This document shows positions 40,260-49,570 of a stretch of DNA of 64,000 bases, one piece after another. The first letter of the stretch is position 1; the number at the start of each line of letters is the position of its first letter. The stretch covers positions 11,409-75,408 of the forward strand of contig JAXGRQ010000003.1 in the NCBI GenBank assembly GCA_040765725.1, read 5' to 3'. This DNA is from Syntrophales bacterium (GTDB lineage Bacteria; Desulfobacterota; Syntrophia; Syntrophales; UBA5619). The notes under the pieces are model-generated. The model saw nothing but the letters and a program-made list of their open reading frames with translations. It did no database searches and was not told where the DNA came from. The position numbers and the translations under genes are program-made.

Positions 40260-40557
40260 ACCAATGTTTCCCTGTCCGTTCCACAGCCCGAGAGGGGCGC
40301 CGGGTAGTCTTTGCAACGGTGCAAAAAGATCATCATGCCTCTGCTGGGCTTTTGATTATAAACATAGGCATAACGGACGCCTATGTCAATCATATGGATG
40401 TTAAAAATGATTCTTTTACAAAAAAAGTTGCGAAATCGCTATGGGCAAGATATGAATCGTTGCCGATGTACGGTCCCCTCCGCCCAGAGGCGGATCCGGG
40501 CAGAACGTCAATCCAGGACGAACGCTGTCGCGAACTCAGGAATAAAGGGAAACGGTC

Positions 40558-41124
40558 ATGACGGGGGTAATCCTTTCGGGCGGCAAAAACCGGCGGATGG
40601 GCGAAAACAAGGCCTTTCTCGCGATAAACGGCGAACGATTGATCGACCGTACGGTCCGCCTCTTTCGATCGATTTTCAAAGAGGTGATCATCGTCACGAC
40701 GGACCCGACGGATTATCTCGATCAGCCGGCTGTGATCGTCACCGACATCCTTCCGGACAAAGGCGCCCTCGGGGGGATCTACACCGGTCTTTTTTTCGCC
40801 CGGGGGGAGTATATTTTCGTCACGGCCTGCGACATGCCCTTCCTGAACCGCTCTTTTCTCGACTACATGTCCCGGCGGTCCTCCGGGTATGACATCGTCG
40901 TTCCGGCCACGCCCGACGGCCTTCAGCCTCTACATGCCGTCTATGCGCGTCGCTGCCTGCCGGTCATCCGTGGTCTGCTCGATCGGAACCGGCTCAAGGT
41001 CACCGGCTTTTATCCGTCACACCGTCTCCTGAAGCTATCCCCGGAGATCATCCATTCCTTCGATCCGGAGGGAAGGATGTTCCTGAACGTGAACACCCCG
41101 GAAGATCTGCGGACGTTGGGTTAG
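40558..41124 (+). CDS. mobA: Molybdenum cofactor guanylyltransferase
   Basis: GVILSGGKNRRMGENKAFL...ACDMPFL... MobA signature. Confidence 0.85.
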   Translation: MTGVILSGGKNRRMGENKAFLAINGERLIDRTVRLFRSIFKEVIIVTTDPTDYLDQPAVIVTDILPDKGALGGIYTGLFFARGEYIFVTACDMPFLNRSFLDYMSRRSSGYDIVVPATPDGLQPLHAVYARRCLPVIRGLLDRNRLKVTGFYPSHRLLKLSPEIIHSFDPEGRMFLNVNTPEDLRTLG

Positions 41125-41175
41125 ACATTTCCGGTATAACGTGCTAAAGAGCCCCAAAAAAAAGGAGGTTTCTCT

Positions 41176-42510
41176 ATGGAAGGCGGGAAAACGTTCAATC
41201 GTTGGCTCATCGTCGTCGGTGCACTGCTGATCCAGGTCAGTCTCGGCGCCATCTACATCTACAGCGTCTTCAAACCCGGCCTCAAGGCCCGCTTTCCCGA
41301 CTGGAGCAACACCGACCTGGCTCTCCCGTCCATGCTGGTTCTGCTCTTCTTCGGCCTGGCGACGATCTTTGCCGGCCGCGTCCAGGACCGGATCGGACCG
41401 CGCTATGTCGCCATGTCCGGGGCCGTCCTCCTCGGTCTCGGCCTTCTGCTCGCCTCCTACTCGAACAGCCTGTTCCTGTTCACGCTCGGCTTCGGGATCA
41501 TCGGCGGCCTCGGGATCGGCACCGCCTATGTCTGCCCGATCGCGACCTGCGTCAAATGGTTCCCGGACAAGCGCGGCCTCATCTCAGGCCTGGCGGTTGC
41601 CGGTTTCGGCGGCGGCGGTCTTGTCTTCGCCCCGGTGGCAAAATCGCTGATCCTCTCCGTCGGCGTCATGAACACCTTCCTCTATCTGGGCATCATCTTT
41701 TTCGTCATCGTCATGATCGGCGCACAGTTCATGATCAATCCTCCTGCCGGCTATTGTCCCCCCGGTTGGACGCCGCCGGCCGCGAACGGCGCTAAGGGGG
41801 CTTGCGTCGGTGTCGATTACACGTGGCAGGAGATGATCAAGACCTCCCGTTTCTGGCTGCTCTGGATCACCTACTTCGCGGGATGCTCCGCCGGCTTCCT
41901 GATCATCATGAACACGGTCAACATCTGGCAGTCCTTCTCCATCCTGAGCCTCGTCCAGCAGTTTCCAACCATCCCGAAGGACACCTATCTGGAGATCCTG
42001 ACCAAGGGGACCACCGCCGTCATGGCGATTTCGGTGATGAACGCGCTGGGACGCATCCTCTGGGGGAAGGTCTCGGACAGCATCGGACGGAAAAACACGC
42101 TTTACATCATGTTCCTCTACAGCGGTGTGGTCATGCTTGCGCTGAACTGGTTCACCTCGTTCCCGCTGTTCCTGATCGGCGTGATGTCGGTCGGCTTCTG
42201 CTTCGGAGGTTTCCTGGGGGTCTATCCCGCGCTGACGGCGGACTATTTCGGAACGAAGAACATGGGGGTGAACTACGGCTGCATGTTCATGGCCTACGGG
42301 ATTGCTGGTCTTTTCGGCCCTTGGATCGCCCCGAAACTGATGAGAGTGGTCCAGGAGGTTCCGTTCGAAAGCCTGGCGGCGGGCGTCGTCTCGACGGGCA
42401 AATACCCGGCGGGGAATTACATCGCCTCCTTCATCATTGCCGGGGTGATGTGCCTGGCATCGATGATCCTGGTCTGGATCGTCAAGCCGCCCGAGGGGAA
42501 AAAGGGTTGA
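41176..42510 (+). CDS. MFS transporter, oxalate/formate antiporter (OFA) family-like
   Basis: 444 aa, 12 TM segments, NRWLIVVGALLIQVSLGAIYIYSVF start typical of OFA members. Confidence 0.75.
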   Translation: MEGGKTFNRWLIVVGALLIQVSLGAIYIYSVFKPGLKARFPDWSNTDLALPSMLVLLFFGLATIFAGRVQDRIGPRYVAMSGAVLLGLGLLLASYSNSLFLFTLGFGIIGGLGIGTAYVCPIATCVKWFPDKRGLISGLAVAGFGGGGLVFAPVAKSLILSVGVMNTFLYLGIIFFVIVMIGAQFMINPPAGYCPPGWTPPAANGAKGACVGVDYTWQEMIKTSRFWLLWITYFAGCSAGFLIIMNTVNIWQSFSILSLVQQFPTIPKDTYLEILTKGTTAVMAISVMNALGRILWGKVSDSIGRKNTLYIMFLYSGVVMLALNWFTSFPLFLIGVMSVGFCFGGFLGVYPALTADYFGTKNMGVNYGCMFMAYGIAGLFGPWIAPKLMRVVQEVPFESLAAGVVSTGKYPAGNYIASFIIAGVMCLASMILVWIVKPPEGKKG

Positions 42511-42534
42511 CGGCTCAATAGAACCGACTTCAAT

Positions 42535-42569
42535 GCCGGGGGCTTCGTTCTTCATAAAAATCCCCCGGC
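42535..42569. other. 8-bp GC hairpin between convergent MFS and response-regulator genes
   Basis: GCCGGGGG-(19 nt)-CCCCCGGC. Confidence 0.3.
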
Positions 42570-42576
42570 AGTCCGC

Positions 42577-44025
42577 TCATAGTTTTTTTAAACGTCCCTC
42601 CAGCACCCGCCGCGAGATCCCCAGATAATTCGCCGTTTTGGTGCGGTTGCCCCCGTGCTTTTCCAGCGCCATCCGGATGATCTTTCGGTTGAACGCCTCG
42701 ATGTCCAACCCCGCTTCCGGTAGTTTAAAATCCACGTCCGCCAGAATGGGCGCTATCGCTGCCGGTTTTTCGGGTACGGTCGCGTCGTCGCGGATGAAGG
42801 CCAAGTCCTCCAGATCCGCGCGGTCCGAAACCTGCATCAAGACCAGCCGTTCCATCGCGTTTTTGAGTTGCCGGACATTTCCCGGCCAGTCAAAGGAGTA
42901 AAGAAACTTCTCTGCCGCCGGTGTGAAACCGTCAAACTTCAGTCCCCGACGACGGGCGGCCCTCTCCGCAAACCGGATCGCCAGCGGCTGGATATCCGCC
43001 TGTCTTTCCCGGAGGGGGGGAATCCGGATATGACCCATGTTCACCCGGTAGAAGAGATCGAGGCGAAACCTTTTTGCCTCCACTTCCCGATGCAGGTCCT
43101 TGTTCGTAGCGGAGATGATCCGGATATGCACCGGAATTTCCTTGATGCTGCCGAGTCGGTAGAGTTTTTTGTCTTCAAGGACCCGGAGGAGTTTGACCTG
43201 GACGCCCGGCGGCAGTTCGCCGATTTCGTCGAGGAAAAGCGTTCCGCCGTTGGCTGCCTCGATCTTTCCGATCTGTCCACGTGTCGTGGCGCCCGTATAA
43301 GCGCCGGGGTCATGCCCGAAAAGCTCCCCTTCGAAGAGTTCCTGACTGATGGCGCCGCAGTTGATCGCCACGAAAGGGAGAATGGCGCTGCCTGCTCCGA
43401 AAAAATGGATATACCGCGCGATCAGTTCCTTGCCGGTGCCGCTTTCCCCTTCGATCAGGACCGGGATATCCCGGTCCGTGCTGTATTTTTCCGCATGGGC
43501 GACCACCCGGCACATCGCGTCGGAATAGACGCCGAGACCGTCCAGTCCGACCTCTTCCAAATAGGCCTCCCGGAGCCGCTCCGCCTCCCCCCGAACGGCC
43601 TGCGTTTCGCTGTGGACCCGTTCCTGAAATTCCTGCTTCAGATGCCGGTAGTTGTTTCGCAGGGTCAGATAGGCCGCGGAACGTTCGATCACGATGGCCA
43701 GCTCCCGGACATCGACCGGTTTCTGAAGGTAATCGAAGGCCCCGTACTTGAGCGCCCGGATGGCGCTGGTCGTATCCCCGTGGCCGGTCACGACAATCAC
43801 GTCCACGGGCGACTTCTCGATCACCTTGATCCTCCGGAGGAGTTCCAGTCCGTCTATTTCGGGCATCCGGATATCGGTGATGACGAGGTTGATTTCCCGC
43901 AAGTGGAATTCCCGGAGCGCCTCCATGCCGTCTGAGGCACAGGTCACGACATGGCCGAGCTTCTCCAGAAAACGGGAGATGCTTTTTCGGACATCCGCCT
44001 CGTCGTCCACCAGCAGGATGTTCAA
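42577..44025 (-). CDS. Sigma54-dependent response regulator (REC, AAA+, Fis-type HTH; NtrC family)
   Basis: ILLVDDE...DIRMPEIDG receiver, GESGTGKEL Walker A, GAYTGA (GAFTGA variant), C-terminal NRTKTANYLGISRRVL HTH. Confidence 0.9.
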   Translation of the reverse strand: MNILLVDDEADVRKSISRFLEKLGHVVTCASDGMEALREFHLREINLVITDIRMPEIDGLELLRRIKVIEKSPVDVIVVTGHGDTTSAIRALKYGAFDYLQKPVDVRELAIVIERSAAYLTLRNNYRHLKQEFQERVHSETQAVRGEAERLREAYLEEVGLDGLGVYSDAMCRVVAHAEKYSTDRDIPVLIEGESGTGKELIARYIHFFGAGSAILPFVAINCGAISQELFEGELFGHDPGAYTGATTRGQIGKIEAANGGTLFLDEIGELPPGVQVKLLRVLEDKKLYRLGSIKEIPVHIRIISATNKDLHREVEAKRFRLDLFYRVNMGHIRIPPLRERQADIQPLAIRFAERAARRRGLKFDGFTPAAEKFLYSFDWPGNVRQLKNAMERLVLMQVSDRADLEDLAFIRDDATVPEKPAAIAPILADVDFKLPEAGLDIEAFNRKIIRMALEKHGGNRTKTANYLGISRRVLEGRLKKL

Positions 44026-44822
44026 GACAGTGCCTCCCCGGCAGGGACGGTGACCAGGAAGGTTGCGCCACCGCTTTCATTGTTGTGAACCTCGATCCGG
44101 CCGCCGAACCGGCTGATGATGGACTGGCTGATGCTCAGTCCCAGTCCTGTTCCCTTTCCCGCAGTCTTGGTCGTGAAGAACGGATCGAAGATCCGTTCCA
44201 GAAGGTGCCCTGGAACGCCGCCGCCGTTGTCGCTCACCTCGATCCGGATCGCACCGTCCCGGCTTTCCGTACGGATCCACAACCTCTTCGGATCGACGGG
44301 GCATTCATCGAGCGCCTGGCGGGCGTTGACGATCAGGTTCATCACCACCTGTTCGAGCCCGTTGAGGGAAGCCCGCAGCCGTGGAAGCTCCGGATCCAGA
44401 TCCTTCTCCACGCGGATCCCGTGGGCCTCGATCTGACGGCCGATCATGGAGAAGACATTTTCGATCGCCTCGTTGACCCTTACGGACTCGCCCTCGAAAT
44501 CGCGTCCTTCCCGGGCAAAATTCCGGATATTCCGGATCACCTTGTCCATCCTGGCCACCTGCCGGGAAATCATCTCCAGCCCGTCGAAGAGTTCTCCCGG
44601 ATCGAGCGGCCACCCCTCGTTACGACCGAACAGAAACCCGTCCGTCACAACCCGGATGGTGTTGAGCGGCTGGTTCAATTCATGTGCTGAATCCCCCCGC
44701 CGCCATCATTCCCAGAGTCGCCAAGCGGTCTTCGTGATGAGATTGATATCCCGGGCAAGATCTTTACCGGGGCGCCTTTTTTTCGGGGATCTCGGCTTGT
44801 CGGATATTTTTCGGCTTTCCAT
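44022..44822 (-). pseudogene. Sensor-less histidine kinase (DHp plus HATPase_c), reading frame interrupted around the H-box
   Basis: The intact ORF 44022-44678 starts at TTG, just after the phospho-His codon (CAT at 44682-44684, SAHELNQPLNTI). An in-frame TGA lies at 44706-44708. RLATLGMMAAG reads in another frame, and the shift coincides with the G6 run (plus-strand C6, 44693-44698). Catalytic N/G boxes are intact (NLIVNARQA, DNGGGVP, GKGTGLGLSIS). Confidence 0.6.
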
Positions 44823-45094
44823 GATAGGGTGCTCTCGCTTAAGATGTCTTTAGCATATCCGTTTAACGCAAAGCAAGAATATCGGCTTTGTTTTTACCGG
44901 GGAGGTTTTCGAACGGGCGGAAAAACTCCTTCCCTCCCCGTGCGACCTGAAGAGGAAAATCCGATTTTTACCTTGACGGCAGGCGTTTGTTCATGATTAA
45001 GCAGGCGGGAACTACGGTAACAGTAGTGTCCATGGTGCAGTGTGGGATGCAACACATGAGGCTAAAGGAGACCGGAAAATAGAGGCCATATCAT

Positions 45095-47001
45095 GTGATT
45101 TTTCAGCCCTCGGACGGCGGGGGGAATTCCGGAAGGAAAGACCGTTCTGGAGGCTTCGCGGATCCTGGAGCTCGGAATCGAGTCCGTCTGCGGCGGAAAG
45201 AAGAGCTGCGGCAAGTGCAAAATCAGGATCGACTCGGGAACCCTTGATCAACGTAAAGATCCATTCATTATCCGATCATCTCTCGCCAGTCACCGAAGGG
45301 AGGAAGAAAGTCCTCACCGAAAACGGTCGATTGCAGGGCTTCCGTTTGGCCTGTGCGGCCACCATCCGGGGGGATGTCCTGATCTTTGTGCCGGAGCAGA
45401 GCCGAACGGGCAATCAGGTGGTCAAGAAGGATGCAACCGACAAAAAAATCCATTTGAACCCTGCCGTCCGTCTCTTCCCGTGACGCTTCCCCCCCGACTC
45501 TGGACCATCCGCTCGGTGACTTCGAACGGTTGTCGGAGTCCCTTGCGAAACATTTCGGCCTACATCGGCTGGAAGTGGACTATCCCGCCCTCCTCGCCCT
45601 TCCCGGCGCCCTTCGGCAGGGGAAATGGACCGTTACGGCGGCCGTCCGGATGGAGCAAATCCTCGCCGTCTTTCCGGGAGAAGTTGAGGAGGCTTACGGC
45701 CTCGCCATCGACATCGGTTCGACCACCGTGGCCGGATACCTGTGCAGTCTCCTTACCGGCCGGATCGTCGGCACCGAATCGTTCATGAACCCGCAAATCA
45801 CGTTCGGCGACGATGTGATCGCACGGATCAGCTATGTCATGGACAACCCGGACGGCATGGACAAGATGCGGGGGGTCATCATCGATGGTCTGAACCATCT
45901 CATCCGGACCGTTACCGGGGATCACGGCCTCTCCCCGGCCGACATTCTCGAGATCACAATCGTCGGAAACACGGTGATGCACCACCTGCTGCTCGGCATC
46001 GATCCGCGAGCGCTCGGTTTCTCTCCTTTTACACCTGCCGTACATCGCAGCCTGGACATCAAGGCGCGCGATCTCGGTCTCAAAGCCCATCCTGCCGCCA
46101 ACGTTCACCTCCTCCCCATCATTGCCGGTTTTGTCGGTGCGGACAACGTAGGGGTGTTGATCTCGGAAGAACCCTATCGCCGAGAGGAGATGACGCTCAT
46201 CATCGATGTGGGAACCAATGGAGAGATGCTCCTGGGAAACCGCGAGAGACTTCTCTCCGCATCCTGCGCCACCGGCCCTGCCCTGGAGGGGGCCCATATC
46301 CGGTTCGGCATGAGGGCGGCGCCTGGCGCCATCGAACGGATCCGAATCGATCCCGAAACGCTCGAGGTTTCTTTCAAAATCATCGGAGAAGAGCGCTGGC
46401 GACCGGAGTTCCGGATCACCGGTGCGTTGGGGATCTGCGGCTCCGGGATCATCGACGGGGTGGCCGAACTCTACCGGGCAGGCGTCATCGATCCGAGCGG
46501 TCGTTTTCGGACCGGTCTCGCCACGTCTCGGGTCTTGACGACCGACGGGCAGCCTGAGTTCGTGATCGCATGGCCGGACGAAACCTCTCTGGCGAGACCG
46601 ATCACGATCAGCCAGCAGGATATCCGGAGCGTCCAGCTTGCCAAAGGCGCGCTTTATGCCGGCGCGAAACTGATGATGAAAAAATTGGGTATCGAAAAAC
46701 TGGAACGCGTGGTCCTGGCGGGCGCCTTCGGGAGCTATATCGACAAGACGGAGGCGATGTTTCTCGGGATGTTTCCCGATTGCGAGATCAACCACGTCTC
46801 GTCCGTCGGAAATGCGGCAGGCGACGGGGCAAGAATCGCGTTGCTAAACCGGGACAAACGCCGCGAGGCCGAAGGATGTCTCGAAGGGTCCGTCTCCCGA
46901 ATTGACGCTGGCCGATGAGTTCCAGGAGGAGTTTACCTCCGCGTTGTTCATCCCGCATGGCGGATGCCTTCCCCCACCTGCCGTCGATCGGCAAACTGTA
47001 G
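45095..47001 (+). pseudogene. RACo-type corrinoid reductive activator ([2Fe-2S] ferredoxin domain plus ASKHA/DUF4445 ATPase), multiply frameshifted
   Basis: The family-typical sequence is spread over three frames. VIFQPSDG reads from 45095. IPEGKTVLEASRILELGIESVCGGKKSCGKCKIRI reads around 45126-45240. LSPVTE...FRLACAATIRGDVLIFVPEQS lies in ORF 45040-45483. The core YGLAIDIGSTTV...GNAAGDGA lies in ORF 45530-46918. The tail RMSRRVRLP / LTLADEFQEEFTSALFIPH / MADAFPHLPSIGKL* again spans three frames. Confidence 0.7.
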
Positions 47002-47528
47002 AAATATGGAGGAGGATTTCAAATCCGTCCCCATATTTTACACCGAGAAAGTTTAATCAGGCATTCCTGCATGTTCGTTTTCGCCCTGACCGAGGTAAAA
47101 ACTTTCGTCACGGCCCTGCCCTGCTGAAAGCCAGAAATATCGGGCACTTTTTAGAGAGCCCCGCAGATGTTTCAGAAATTCTTTGACCGATTGCTTCACT
47201 ATTTTTTCGCAATATCGCCTTAATCATCACAAAATTCCCATAGACAGCCCCATTTTTCTCTTATAGGTATCATCGGATCGCGCAAATAATCAAAGTATTT
47301 CCGGCTTTCTTCATAGAACTCGGCAAATCTTCATTCCTGCGGCAGCGGTGCATTCCCGTATAAAGTTGCATATTCTGTAATCGCTTTCCAGAAATGAAAG
47401 TATCGGTAAGGAGGTGATGGAAAAAGGCAGGCCAACGAGCTATCAAAGCATGGCAGCGGCGGTCGTAAACACAAAGAAGACGGGTCTATGCGGATGATCT
47501 ATATCAATTATTCAAGGGAGGTGCTGGA

Positions 47529-48170
47529 ATGTCTACTTTACAACAGCTGGCCGAATACGTAGAGAAGGGGAAAAGAGAGGAAATCAAACCGTTGGTTCAA
47601 AAGCTCCTTGGCGATAACATCAGCGCTGACCGGATTGTCAGTGAGGGGCTCGTTCCGGGACTGGACGCCATCGGAGAGAAATACTCGAAATTCGAGGCCT
47701 TCGTCCCGGAACTCATGATCGCCGCCATAGCAGCACAGGAGGCCCTTGCGGTTCTTCGACCCAAAATGTCGGAGGGAACCCTGCACAAGCCCCTGGGAAC
47801 CATTGTCATCGGCACTGTGGCGGGCGACGTTCACGACGTCGGCAAGAATATCGTCGCCATGGTGCTGGAAGGAGCGGGTTTCAAGGTGATCGATCTCGGA
47901 GTCAACGTCTCCACCGCCAGTTTCTTGAAAGAGGTAAAATACCAGGAAGCGGACATCTTGGCCCTCTCCTCTCTCTACACGCCGACCCGACTGGCCATGA
48001 AGGACGTCATCCAGTCGTTGAAGGATCAGGGACTCCGTGATAAAATCAAGGTCATGGTCGGGGGCGCCCCCATCGATCAGGCCTTCTGCAACCTGATCGG
48101 CGCGGACGGGTATGCGCCGGACGCGCCCCAGGCGGCCAAAATGGCAAGAAGCCTGATTCAGGCGAAATAG
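47529..48170 (+). CDS. Corrinoid (cobalamin-binding) methyl-carrier protein, MtbC/MtgC/MtvC-like
   Basis: 213 aa. N-terminal helical cap plus Rossmann B12-binding domain with DxHxxG motif (GDVHDVGKN). RBS GGGAGGTG. Confidence 0.9.
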   Translation: MSTLQQLAEYVEKGKREEIKPLVQKLLGDNISADRIVSEGLVPGLDAIGEKYSKFEAFVPELMIAAIAAQEALAVLRPKMSEGTLHKPLGTIVIGTVAGDVHDVGKNIVAMVLEGAGFKVIDLGVNVSTASFLKEVKYQEADILALSSLYTPTRLAMKDVIQSLKDQGLRDKIKVMVGGAPIDQAFCNLIGADGYAPDAPQAAKMARSLIQAK

Positions 48171-48233
48171 CCGATGTCGCGAGGGTTCGCGATACCCTTC
48201 CAACACCAGGTTCACTGAATAAGGAGGCAGGAC

Positions 48234-49394
48234 ATGAAAGAGGACAAAATCTACAAGGATCGGAGGTATCGAATCGATGAACTCCGGGCGAAGAGCGAAA
48301 AAATGACGTCCCGCCAGAGGACCCGCAAGGCAATCAACTTCGAGGAACCGGATCGGATTCCCATCGACAACTGGATGGTGCCCGAGATCAAGCAGCGGTG
48401 CATGGAGTACTGGGGATGCGAGAATGAAGAAGAGCTTCTGAAGTTTTTGGGTGTGGATGTCCGCGACAATTACGGGGCCAGCTATGTAGGCCAGGAATTC
48501 AAAAAGTACGACGATGGGACGGTCGAGGACCTTTGGGGGGTCAGGCGAAAGGTCGTCACCTACGGGAAGGGAACGCCTCACGAGGGGACATTCAAGGAAG
48601 TGTCCTGGTCGCCGCTGGAACACATGACAACCGTCGAGGAAATCAATTCCTATACCCGTTGGCCCTCCCCCGACTGGTGGGATTATTCAAAGGTGAAGGA
48701 GGATTGCGCCAAATGGCACCCGCAGTATTTCGTCCTTAACAAGGGCGACCGGTTGGACCGAACGGCTCAACTGAAGCCGATGATGTACATGCGCGGCATT
48801 CAGCAGACCTTCATTGACCTCGCCGCAAACCCCAAAATCGTCGAGTGCATCCGGGATCACATCGTCGACTATTTCGTGAACTACAACCCGAAGGTCTTCG
48901 AGGCCGGCGCCGAAGAGATGGACATGTTCATGATGGGCGACGACATGGGAGGCCAGAGCGGGCCTCTCGTGAGTCCCGGCATGTGGAAGCGGTATTTCGC
49001 CGACGGGTTCAGAAAATACTGCGATATCGCCCATAAATACGGCCTGAAGGTGATGTACCATACCTGCGGAGACGTCTACGCCCTCATCCCCCAGTTTATT
49101 GAAAACGGTCTGGATTGTCTCCAGTCGCTGCAGCCCCAGGCCACCAACATGGACATCAAACGGTTGAAAAAGGAGTTCGGCAAGCACCTCTCCTTCCAGG
49201 GCGGCATGGACATCCAGCAGGTGCTCCCGCTCGGCACACCGGCGGATGTGAAAAAGATGGTGAAGTACGCCGCGGACAATGCCAAGGCCGGGGGCGGCTA
49301 CATTTTTGGAACGGCCCACAATATCCAGGCGGACACCGCAATCGAGAATGTGGCGGCCTTGTTCGAGGCCTATCATGAATATGGGGTTTATTGA
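48234..49394 (+). CDS. Uroporphyrinogen-decarboxylase (URO-D/MtaA) family methyltransferase
   Basis: 386 aa. URO-D fold pattern (RIPIDNW..., MMGDDMGGQSGPLVSP, VMYHTCGDV, LQSLQP, GGYIFGTAHNI). Adjacent to the corrinoid protein gene. Confidence 0.8.
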   Translation: MKEDKIYKDRRYRIDELRAKSEKMTSRQRTRKAINFEEPDRIPIDNWMVPEIKQRCMEYWGCENEEELLKFLGVDVRDNYGASYVGQEFKKYDDGTVEDLWGVRRKVVTYGKGTPHEGTFKEVSWSPLEHMTTVEEINSYTRWPSPDWWDYSKVKEDCAKWHPQYFVLNKGDRLDRTAQLKPMMYMRGIQQTFIDLAANPKIVECIRDHIVDYFVNYNPKVFEAGAEEMDMFMMGDDMGGQSGPLVSPGMWKRYFADGFRKYCDIAHKYGLKVMYHTCGDVYALIPQFIENGLDCLQSLQPQATNMDIKRLKKEFGKHLSFQGGMDIQQVLPLGTPADVKKMVKYAADNAKAGGGYIFGTAHNIQADTAIENVAALFEAYHEYGVY

Positions 49395-49570
49395 TGAGAC
49401 CGGATGAACCGGACCAAAAAACGGCATCTCTCGGCCCGGGGCTTTTCCGTTGGATCGTTTCGCGGCGCGGGGTCCGATGGAATGGGGCGTTTTGGTCCCG
49501 AGATGACGGATGCCGAAAACAATGGCAGGAGATAGGACAACATCCATTTTTTAGAAAGGGAGGTGTCGTC

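Noticed and set aside
40440-40557. Moco riboswitch before mobA (CCCCUCCGCCC ... GGAAUAAAGGGAAAC)
   Set aside because: The two conserved-looking pieces are about 60 nt apart rather than adjacent as in the E. coli moaA element, and I could not draw the multi-stem architecture. mobA is also not a typical Moco-riboswitch target.
45093-45098. ATG-TGA minimal ORF and in-frame stops in the RACo gene as programmed recoding (frameshift or selenocysteine)
   Set aside because: Six or more shifts in both directions, with no slippery heptamers or SECIS-like context, are not compatible with programmed recoding. Indels are the simpler reading.
47141-47160. Sigma54-like GGGCAC element upstream of the corrinoid gene, and CGGCAG-N4-TTGT at 44977-44992 upstream of the RACo gene
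   Set aside because: The -12 TTGC is missing or mis-spaced by 1-3 nt in both. Only the 60235-60250 site fits the consensus spacing.
47190-47528. Cobalamin riboswitch upstream of the corrinoid protein gene (also looked at 52100-52256 and 60176-60600)
   Set aside because: I could find no B12-box-like (AGYCMGGAGACCKGCC) or GCCACUG core on either strand. A covariance-model scan would be the decisive test.
45560-48623. Minus-strand ORFs of 411 aa (45560-46795) and 361 aa (47538-48623)
   Set aside because: They are antisense to the RACo core and to the corrinoid protein/URO-D genes. No recognisable domains.
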